DNA of 64,000 bases from Alkalispirochaeta sp. (GTDB taxonomy: Bacteria > Spirochaetota > Spirochaetia > DSM-27196 > Alkalispirochaetaceae). Shown piece after piece: positions 56,771-64,000 of this stretch. The DNA is taken from contig CBDESZ010000016.1 in the NCBI GenBank assembly GCA_965242725.1, positions 224,001-288,000 on the forward strand. Reading direction: 5' to 3'. Below the pieces are notes generated by a model. It searched no databases and was not told the DNA's origin. It saw only the letters and a list, made by a program, of their open reading frames with translations. Each line of letters opens with the position of its first letter. The first letter of the stretch is position 1. The position numbers and the translations under genes are program-made.

Positions 56771-58917
56771 GCGAAAACACGACGGGAACGATGCACCCTC
56801 TCTACTTCAACCGGGAGCTCAGCTGGATCGAGTTCAACGCCCGGGTCCTCTCGGAGGCTGAAAACCCCGGAGTGCCCCTCCTGGAACGGCTGAAATTCCT
56901 GAGCATCGTTTCTTCAAACTTCGATGAGTTTTTCATGGTTAGGGTGGCGTCGCTGAAGCGGCAGCTCCGCATGGGTAAGCCTTCCACCTGTCCCACCAGA
57001 ATGACGCCCCGGGAGCAGCTTGAAAGGATTTACCGCCGGGTGAGGGAGATAAACGCACGAAAGTACCGCACCCTCCTTGACGACATCTTTCCGGCGCTGG
57101 AAAACGAAGGTATACGCCGCGTCAGGCCACCGCAATGGGACGGCGAGCAGCAGGGATATGTGCGACACTTCTTCCGGGACAAGGTCTTCCCTGTACTCAC
57201 CCCCGTGCGCGCCACCATCGGGGAACCGCTGCGGACCATCGGCAACCTGCGCCTCCACGCCGCATTCCTGCTCTCTCCCCAGGAGGAGACGAAAAAAGAG
57301 CGTCCCGACGAGGGCGACGGGCCGTTCCTCGTGGTGGTACAGGTGCCTTCCAGTCTGGAGCGGGTCGTCTACCTTCCCTCGGACAAGCCCTCGACCCTCT
57401 CTTTCACGTTCCTTGAGCAGGTCATCCTCGCCGAGTCGTATCAGCTCTTTCCGGGATACACAATTCAGGACCAGTGCCTCTTCCGGGTGACCAGGGACGC
57501 CGATTTCGGTGTCGACGAGGAGCGGGACGAGGACTTCATGGAGGCGATGGAGCAGATCGTCGAGACCCGCGATTTCAGCGATGCCGTACGTCTCAACGTC
57601 AACCAGGGCTCGGAGCAGCTGCGGAAGATCCTCACCGAGGCGTTTGAGCTTGAGGAAAGCGAGGTCTTCATTTCACCGGATCCCCTGGAGCTGCGGAATC
57701 TCATGGACATCGTCGCCATAGACGGGTATTCCCACCTTCGGGATGAGCCGTGGAAGACGATGCAGTCGGTGTGGGTCGATGAAGAGGAGACGATGTGGGA
57801 AAACATCCGTCGTCGGGACATCCTTCTCCACCACCCCTATGAGAGTTTTGACCCCGTGGTGCGCCTCGTCCAGGAGGCGGCGACGGACCCGGATACGCTG
57901 GCGATTAAAATGACCCTTTACCGCACCAGCGGCTCCTCCCCCATCGTACGGGCCCTTGAAAAGGCCGCCGAAGAGGGAAAGCAGGTTTCCGTCCTGGTGG
58001 AGCTGAAGGCGCGTTTTGATGAAGAGCGGAACATCGGATGGGCACAGCGTCTGGAACGGGCGGGAGTTATCGTCGTCTACGGAATTGCCCGCCTCAAGGT
58101 ACACGCCAAGGCGCTCATGATCGTCCGCCGCGAACGGAGCGGTATCAAACGGTACGTGCACCTCGGAACGGGCAACTACAACGAGAAGACCGCCCGACTC
58201 TATACCGATCTGGGATATCTGACCGCCGACGACCGTCTCACCTATGAAGTGGGTCTCTTCTTCAACGCAATTACCGGATATTCAGTCATTCCCGGGCTGA
58301 AGAAGCTCTACATCGCCCCGATCGCATTGAAAAACCGTCTCCTTGAGCTCATCCGCCGGGAGGGCAGTCGCGCCGAAGGGTCCGGATCGGGTCTCATCGT
58401 CGCCAAGCTGAACGCTCTCGCCGACCCGGAGGTCATCGACGCCCTGTATGAGGCGGCACAGAAGGGGGTGACGATAAAACTCAACGTACGGGGAATCTGT
58501 ATGCTCGTTCCCGGGATACCGGGGTTGAGCGAGAATATCCGTGTCGTAAGCGTGGTGGACCGCTATCTGGAGCACGTCCGGGCTTTCTGGTTTGAAAACG
58601 GCGGTGCCGCTGAATCGTACCTTTCAAGCGCCGACTGGATGCCGAGAAATCTGGAAAAGCGGGTGGAGCTGATGTTTCCCGTCGAAAACCCCGACATCCA
58701 GCGGCGCATTAAGAAAACCCTGGACCTCTTCTTTCTCGACAATACCAAGGCGCACGTCCTGCACGGTGACGGCACCTGGACACGAATCGTCCCGAAGAAA
58801 AATGCAAAACCATTTCGCGCCCAGGAAGAGGCGTACAAGGGACTGCAGGCGCGCCTCGTCAGTGATGAATCGGAGAATCGTCAGGTCTTCAAGGTACGTA
58901 GAAAACCGCCGGAGTGA
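56767..58917 (+). CDS. ppk1: Polyphosphate kinase 1
   Basis: YFNRELSWIEFNARVL, LHHPYESF, ELKARFDEE, LKVHAK, GTGNYN and SADWM.RNL..RVE. Confidence 0.97.
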   Translation: MSENTTGTMHPLYFNRELSWIEFNARVLSEAENPGVPLLERLKFLSIVSSNFDEFFMVRVASLKRQLRMGKPSTCPTRMTPREQLERIYRRVREINARKYRTLLDDIFPALENEGIRRVRPPQWDGEQQGYVRHFFRDKVFPVLTPVRATIGEPLRTIGNLRLHAAFLLSPQEETKKERPDEGDGPFLVVVQVPSSLERVVYLPSDKPSTLSFTFLEQVILAESYQLFPGYTIQDQCLFRVTRDADFGVDEERDEDFMEAMEQIVETRDFSDAVRLNVNQGSEQLRKILTEAFELEESEVFISPDPLELRNLMDIVAIDGYSHLRDEPWKTMQSVWVDEEETMWENIRRRDILLHHPYESFDPVVRLVQEAATDPDTLAIKMTLYRTSGSSPIVRALEKAAEEGKQVSVLVELKARFDEERNIGWAQRLERAGVIVVYGIARLKVHAKALMIVRRERSGIKRYVHLGTGNYNEKTARLYTDLGYLTADDRLTYEVGLFFNAITGYSVIPGLKKLYIAPIALKNRLLELIRREGSRAEGSGSGLIVAKLNALADPEVIDALYEAAQKGVTIKLNVRGICMLVPGIPGLSENIRVVSVVDRYLEHVRAFWFENGGAAESYLSSADWMPRNLEKRVELMFPVENPDIQRRIKKTLDLFFLDNTKAHVLHGDGTWTRIVPKKNAKPFRAQEEAYKGLQARLVSDESENRQVFKVRRKPPE

Positions 58918-58921
58918 TGAA

Positions 58922-59161
58922 ATGAAAACAGTAGCAGCCTTTCCCGATCGCGTCAGGGCGGAACACGCCCTCGGCTTTCTGCGGAACAACAGGGTGGACG
59001 CGATTATCTGGAGCGACGATGCCGGCGGGCTCAACCCGGCCATCGGGTTTGTCGAGTCCTACCAGTTGCGTGTCCGCGATGAGGACGTCGGTCTCGCCGA
59101 GGAACTCCTCTCCGACTTTGGAATGGTGTCACGCGACGAGGATCAGGAGCAGCGCCATTGA
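58922..59161 (+). CDS. Small DUF2007-like putative signal-transducing protein
   Basis: 79 aa with AEHALGFLRNNRV...LRVRDED...A.ELL pattern, starting 4 nt after ppk1. Confidence 0.65.
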   Translation: MKTVAAFPDRVRAEHALGFLRNNRVDAIIWSDDAGGLNPAIGFVESYQLRVRDEDVGLAEELLSDFGMVSRDEDQEQRH

Positions 59162-60928
59162 CGCAAAGCCGCTCACGGCATTGACCGCGTCATTGGTCAT
59201 TCCGCGGAACCCGCGGACGAGACGGTTTGTCGCGCCGCCGGCGTCGATCCGTTTCTCCGTGTAGCCGCCCTTGATGCGGTCCCAATACTGTGCCTGGACG
59301 CTGGCACCGAGAATGCTGTCGATGAGGCTTCCCAGAAAACCGCCTGCGGTAATGGCCGCGACCATCGGCATGAGCTCTCCAAGGTTCCAGCCGTGGGTCG
59401 CAACGTATCCCGCCGCAAACCATACCGCGATAAAGAGTGCCCCGCCCGTCGCGGCGGTGAGGCCGAGGGGACTCACCCCGCCGCTGGTACCGCGGGGAAT
59501 GCGTCGGAGGGTGATGATTGAACGTGGTTCCCTCCGGCTCAACACGCCTATTTCACTCGCCCACGTGTCCGCATTGGCCGCGGCGAGGGCGATGGCAAAT
59601 CCAAACATGAAAAAGGGACTGCCGGTTATTCCATGTCCCACCGCCGTCAGGGCTGCCAGCCCCCCATTGGCCAGTACCTGCACCGCATCACGGCGTGCGC
59701 CTTTTTCGTGTATCTCCTCCGCCTGACTCCGGGCAGCTCTCATTCTCCGTGCCCCCGTTCCGGGGCCCGTAAAGGTAAGGCGACTCAGGGCACTTGAGGA
59801 AATAAAGAACGCCATCAGTACCGACCAGTAGAAGCCGCCGCCGGAGAGAAATATGAGCAAGCCCACCGTCGCGCCCGCAACCGCTCCGGCGGCGGTGATC
59901 GCCCCTTTGAGATAGGCTGCCGAGGCAAAGAGGATGTTCAGACCCAGCGCCCAGGCGAGGCGGACGATCCACGCCCCGGGCATCGCCATGAGGAGGGCCA
60001 ATACCGCAAAGGCGGCCAGAGGGATTGAGATGTTGTCCAATCCCCACGGAGTGAGCAGCTCAACCGCCGTTGCAGCGGCGGCAACAACAAATGCGACGGC
60101 GACCATCGTCGTCGGTTCCATCTCCCAGCTGACGGCGGTACCCAGGGTACCTTCCGAGACGCGGTCCACCACGAGACGGACCACTCCGTCCAGCCGGGAC
60201 AGCGCAACGAGGATGACGTTATCCGACGGACGGGCGACCCAGCTGTTCTCCGCGATCGCCCCTGAAAACCGGGTGAACCATCCCTGGAGGAGTTGCGGTC
60301 CCGTCGCGACGGCGTTCGGTTCGACGGAAGGAAATGCAACGACAACGGCCAGGACGACGACGGTCACCGCGAAGGAAAACAGGAACATCGCCGTCGTACC
60401 GGCTGCGCTTTTGCGTCCACCCGGTACGGAGAAACGGGATGAACCGCCGGCTGCAAAAGAGTCTCCAAACCGTTCACCCGCAAGGGCCGCGCTGCCGTCG
60501 CCCCAGCCGAGGACGAGAGTTGCCACGAGCCCGTACCAGCGGGGAAAGAGGCCGGACCACGTCAGCAGAACGAGAAATACAAGCGCCACGGGAAAATAGA
60601 TGGTTCCGAGGTTTTTCCGCGGCTCGGGATGTTCCATCGCCGCAAAGATGTGGCGCCGGTAGGAGATATAGTTTATCAAAACGAATGAAAGCGGCCCGAT
60701 GAGGGCAACCGCAAGGTCATCGATGAAGATCATGGCGATGATCCACCAGTGGGCAACACCGATATGAACGATCTTCCGCGTCGCTCCGGGGCCGACCGCT
60801 TTCCGGTGCAGGAGCAGCTGGGCGACGCCGATGAAGGCAAAGATGAATGCAAAGGAGAGCACAAGTCCGAACCACTGTCCCGGGGGCGACATCCCGGCAA
60901 TCGCCCATTCAAATATTCCCGATTTCAT
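59129..60928 (-). CDS. Fusion of a SEC59/VTE5-type isoprenoid-alcohol kinase domain and a DUF92/TMEM19 domain
   Basis: N-half has RKIVH, GWGDGSAALAG, KSAAG and GLDNISIPL. C-half has QVLANGG, ADTWASEIG, GTSGGVS, DSILGA and NDAVN. Confidence 0.85.
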   Translation of the reverse strand: MKSGIFEWAIAGMSPPGQWFGLVLSFAFIFAFIGVAQLLLHRKAVGPGATRKIVHIGVAHWWIIAMIFIDDLAVALIGPLSFVLINYISYRRHIFAAMEHPEPRKNLGTIYFPVALVFLVLLTWSGLFPRWYGLVATLVLGWGDGSAALAGERFGDSFAAGGSSRFSVPGGRKSAAGTTAMFLFSFAVTVVVLAVVVAFPSVEPNAVATGPQLLQGWFTRFSGAIAENSWVARPSDNVILVALSRLDGVVRLVVDRVSEGTLGTAVSWEMEPTTMVAVAFVVAAAATAVELLTPWGLDNISIPLAAFAVLALLMAMPGAWIVRLAWALGLNILFASAAYLKGAITAAGAVAGATVGLLIFLSGGGFYWSVLMAFFISSSALSRLTFTGPGTGARRMRAARSQAEEIHEKGARRDAVQVLANGGLAALTAVGHGITGSPFFMFGFAIALAAANADTWASEIGVLSRREPRSIITLRRIPRGTSGGVSPLGLTAATGGALFIAVWFAAGYVATHGWNLGELMPMVAAITAGGFLGSLIDSILGASVQAQYWDRIKGGYTEKRIDAGGATNRLVRGFRGMTNDAVNAVSGFASMALLLILVA

Positions 60929-60990
60929 TTTTCCCTAATATAACGGAACCGCTTGTCAGGGCCCAGCCCACGGAGTAGCCTGTGGGAACA

Positions 60991-61764
60991 ATGGATAAAA
61001 ATACGCAAATGCGACTGGCCGTATTGATCGATGCAGACAATACCCAGCCGTCAATCATGGAAGGTCTCCTGGAAGAGATCGCAAATTACGGAATCGCCAG
61101 CATTAAGCGCATATACGGCGACTGGTCCAGCGATTCCCTGAAGAACTGGAAAAATATTCTTCTTGACAACGCCATTCAGCCGATTCAGCAGTATCCCTAT
61201 ACCCGCGGTAAAAACGCGACGGACATGAAACTCGTCATCGACGCCATGGACATCCTCTTCTCCGGAAATATCGACGGCGTCTGCATCGTTTCGAGCGACA
61301 GCGACTTTACGCCCCTGGCGCAGCGCATTCGGCAATCGGGACTGACCGTCTATGGCTTCGGGGAACAGAAGACGCCCAAGGCGTTTGTTCGTGCCTGCGA
61401 CCGATTCATTTACAGCGAGGTCCTCCGCCAGCAGAGCAGCGAAGGTAACGGAGACAGCCGGGAAGTGCCCGCCCAGCAGCCGCGGAAACGCTTTACCACC
61501 AACGATCTCAAACAGGACACCAAACTGGTAACGATGGTCCGCAACGGCATTGAGGACGCCGCCGACGAGACGGGGTGGGCGTCACTTGGTATCGTGGGTC
61601 AGAAGGTTGCAAACAGCAATCCCGACTTTGATCCCCGGAACTACGGATACAAGAAGCTTGGTGAGCTCATCCGGGCGATGCAGCTTTTTGAAGTCGATGA
61701 ACGTCCAATGGAAAACAGTCCGGCCCACAACATCTATATTCGCGACAAAAAGCGAAAACACTGA
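60991..61764 (+). CDS. NYN (PIN-like) domain protein with C-terminal OST-HTH/LOTUS domain
   Basis: LIDADN, RIYGDW, GKNATD, SSDSDF and FDPRNYGYKKL. Alternative GTG start at 60982. Confidence 0.92.
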   Translation: MDKNTQMRLAVLIDADNTQPSIMEGLLEEIANYGIASIKRIYGDWSSDSLKNWKNILLDNAIQPIQQYPYTRGKNATDMKLVIDAMDILFSGNIDGVCIVSSDSDFTPLAQRIRQSGLTVYGFGEQKTPKAFVRACDRFIYSEVLRQQSSEGNGDSREVPAQQPRKRFTTNDLKQDTKLVTMVRNGIEDAADETGWASLGIVGQKVANSNPDFDPRNYGYKKLGELIRAMQLFEVDERPMENSPAHNIYIRDKKRKH

Positions 61765-61790
61765 GGGTACATTCCGGTGGTTACAGGCTG

Positions 61791-62195
61791 ATGAAAAATC
61801 CCTTTCTATCCCTCATAAAGACGGTACGGATACGTCCTCTCGATGCGGTCATTCTCGTGATTGCCGCCGTCGCCATCGGCGGGTTTTCCTACTATGCGCT
61901 GGGACAGAGCGGGCCCGCCCGATCGGCGGAAATCAAGTCGGACGAGGGCACCTTTCTCTATCCCCTCTCCGTGGATCGCACGATTTCCGTCGCCGGCCCT
62001 CTGGGGGAGAGCATCATCGTGATAGAGGACGATCACGTCCATTTCGTCGAATCACCGTGCCGCGACAAAATCTGTATCGCCGCGGGGGAGCTTTCCCACA
62101 GCGGGGAATGGACGGCGTGTCTTCCCAACCGCGTCTTTCTCACCGTGACCGGCTCGACGGCGGAAGGTGCACCCGTCGATGCTACCGCGTTTTGA
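61791..62195 (+). CDS. NusG domain II-containing membrane-anchored protein
   Basis: One TM, GPLG, SPCRDKIC...G and ACLPNRV. Confidence 0.88.
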   Translation: MKNPFLSLIKTVRIRPLDAVILVIAAVAIGGFSYYALGQSGPARSAEIKSDEGTFLYPLSVDRTISVAGPLGESIIVIEDDHVHFVESPCRDKICIAAGELSHSGEWTACLPNRVFLTVTGSTAEGAPVDATAF

Positions 62196-62258
62196 TGCGT
62201 CCCGTCCGATACGAAGTGCAAACACGGCGGCACGACGCGTTTCTGTATACAGCCCCGT

Positions 62259-63377
62259 TTACGCCCCGCCCGGCTCGCCCGTCGCCCCATCGGGCTCTTC
62301 TACAATGCGAAACTCCTCGTCGGTGAGCCTGAAATAGGCCGGCCCGTCGGGATCCTTGAGACCCGGTGAGACATACACCCGCTTGTCCTCGGTCACGAGA
62401 ATCGTTTCAACGCCGTCCAGGCCTTCAATGAGCTCCACCGCGTCCGCCAGTCCCAATACGTACGCCGTGGTGGAAAGTGCATCGGCGTCAATGGAACGCT
62501 CCGCCACGATCGTCACCTGTTCCAGGCCGTTCCGGGTCGGATAACCGGTCTGGGGATCGATAATGTGGTGATACCGGACGCCGTCTTCCATAAAGAATCG
62601 TTCATAGGGTCCGGAGGTGACGATGGTGCGGTCCGCGGTGTACACGATCCCGAGAAAGTCGGATCGCGGCGCGTCGGGTCGCTGAACGCCGATGCGCCAT
62701 TGAGTGTCGTCAGGCTTGTTTCCGATGACGAGGATGTTTCCGCCGAAATCGAGCAGGGCGTGGCGTACTCCCTCCGCCTTGAGGATACGAGCCGCCTCGT
62801 CCGCGGCATATCCCTTGGCGATGGCACCGACATCGACCCCCATTCCCTGGTCTTCAAGGATGACCGAACCGTCCGGCGTGAGGGTCATCTTCCGGTAGTC
62901 GACAAGTGACTGTGCCTCAGCGACCGCCTCCTTCGGCGGTACGTGTTCATTGCCGGAACCGATACCCCAGAGTTTCACCAGCGGCCAGATGGTGACGTCA
63001 AAGGCGCCGTTACTCAAACGGGAATACCTCAGCGCTTCCTCCAGCACCTCGAATGTGTCGGGAGAGACCGCCGTCTGTTCCCCCGCCGCTGCGCGATTCA
63101 CATCGAGTATTTCCGTACGGGTATAGTCCTCTTCGGAGGCGCTCATCTTTTCTTCTATTTCCGTAACCCGTTCAAAAACGCGTTCAATGAGTGCATCCGC
63201 CTCGTCACTGTAGACGGTTACGCGAATGATGGTGCCGAGCAGATATGCCTCGTCGACGGTGGGTTCAACGGGCCCGGGGGAGCAGGCAGTGAGGGTGGCA
63301 AGAAGCGCCGTTACCGCTGCGACAGCGGCCGGAATGTATACCATACGGGCGCGCCGGCCCGGAGAATTCCAGATCAT
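62259..63377 (-). CDS. apbE: FAD:protein FMN transferase lipoprotein
   Basis: Lipobox LTA-C, FDVT..PL..LW, GAIAKGYAAD, GGN, TSG.YER, YHHIIDP.TGYP and ADALST. Start uncertain (63377 or 63344). Confidence 0.93.
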   Translation of the reverse strand: MIWNSPGRRARMVYIPAAVAAVTALLATLTACSPGPVEPTVDEAYLLGTIIRVTVYSDEADALIERVFERVTEIEEKMSASEEDYTRTEILDVNRAAAGEQTAVSPDTFEVLEEALRYSRLSNGAFDVTIWPLVKLWGIGSGNEHVPPKEAVAEAQSLVDYRKMTLTPDGSVILEDQGMGVDVGAIAKGYAADEAARILKAEGVRHALLDFGGNILVIGNKPDDTQWRIGVQRPDAPRSDFLGIVYTADRTIVTSGPYERFFMEDGVRYHHIIDPQTGYPTRNGLEQVTIVAERSIDADALSTTAYVLGLADAVELIEGLDGVETILVTEDKRVYVSPGLKDPDGPAYFRLTDEEFRIVEEPDGATGEPGGA

Positions 63378-63419
63378 GGCGGGCATTGTAGCGGTGAGCC
63401 CGCTCCCTCGCAATATCCG

Positions 63420-63998
63420 TTACGGTTCCGAAGCCGGAGGCGGATCGAGGGGGAAGTGAATGGTGAATCGCGACCCCGACGTCCCGTCGACGGAGAGGGT
63501 GCCGCCCAGCTGGCTTGTCAGACCGGAAATGAGGGTGCGTCCAAGGGTATCGTCGGTTTCCCGTTCAAAATCTTCGGGCAGGCCGATTCCGTCGTCGGTT
63601 ACAAGCAGCCGGATCCTGTCCTGATCCAGCCGTGTCATGGATACGTGAATTGTCCCATCGGCGAGGCCGGGAAAGGCGTATTTCAGACTGTTTGAAATCA
63701 ACTCGTTCAAGAGCAACGCCACAGGAACGGCTTGTTGAATCGTCATCGCTACGGGATCTACATCGAGGTCGAGGGAGATGCGGTCCCGAGGTGCCGCGTA
63801 CGCTTCAAAGAGATGGTCGCAGAGGGACGCGACGTACGCTTCAAGGTCGATATAGGCGTAGTTTTCACTTCTATAGAGCTGTTCATGGACGAGGGCCATC
63901 GACTGAATCTGCATTTGCGCGTCGGCAAAACGGGAGAGGGCGGTGGTGTCCTCTATGCCGGCGGATTGAAGGTTCAGCAGGCTTGAAATGATCTGAAG
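63420..63998 (-). CDS. Sensor histidine kinase, HisKA_2 type, C-terminal part (5'-truncated by the window edge)
   Basis: LQIISSLLNLQ, MALVHEQLY, LLLNELISNSLKYAF and DDGIGLP. Confidence 0.9.
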   Translation of the reverse strand, partial: LQIISSLLNLQSAGIEDTTALSRFADAQMQIQSMALVHEQLYRSENYAYIDLEAYVASLCDHLFEAYAAPRDRISLDLDVDPVAMTIQQAVPVALLLNELISNSLKYAFPGLADGTIHVSMTRLDQDRIRLLVTDDGIGLPEDFERETDDTLGRTLISGLTSQLGGTLSVDGTSGSRFTIHFPLDPPPASEP

Positions 63999-64000
63999 AT

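Noticed and set aside
60991..61764. NYN-LOTUS gene as a toxin or anti-phage system
   Set aside because: It is a widespread stand-alone family, with no antitoxin or defence genes adjacent.
1..64000. CRISPR arrays, tRNA/rRNA genes, prophage, integrase or IS elements
   Set aside because: I saw no regularly spaced repeats, RNA-gene signatures or mobile-element proteins, and the intergenic gaps are short. Checked by eye only.

Overview
A 64-kb, GC-rich, densely coding bacterial window of mostly housekeeping, transport and signalling genes. It most likely comes from a free-living spirochaete. That is an inference from 'FA(S/T)GxxE' solute-binding-protein signal peptides, a Borrelia-P13-like protein, three MCPs plus CheW, and ThyX. 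Gene content in order: a GH3/NagZ gene with a LolA-like, beta-barrel and LolDE-like ABC operon; a DUF1611-epimerase-NhaC cluster (D-Glu/muropeptide use); a rhodanese lipoprotein coupled to an MCP; DUF47-PiT divergent from phnDCEE across an 11-bp-period Pho-box-like array; a tandem P13-like protein; an SPL-like radical SAM gene with a partner; two MCPs; rsgA; an OmpR/BaeS-type two-component system; lipid enzymes; an M23 peptidase; thyX; cheW; a GH31; a CeuBCDE-type iron-siderophore ABC system with a DtxR-like operator; an acyl-CoA dehydrogenase split at a G19 tract; an OPT transporter; NfeD-SPFH-SPFH-CBS-PPase; a NadR-like gene; ROK-ppx-ppk1; a VTE5-like/DUF92 fusion; NYN-LOTUS; NusG-II; apbE; and a partial histidine kinase. 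I saw no rRNA, tRNA, CRISPR array, integrase or transposase. The most interesting unannotated signals are two short leader ORFs (before the OPT gene and before rsgA), the rhodanese-MCP pair, the kinase fusion and several regulator-binding sites. All calls come from reading motifs by eye; no database search was run.
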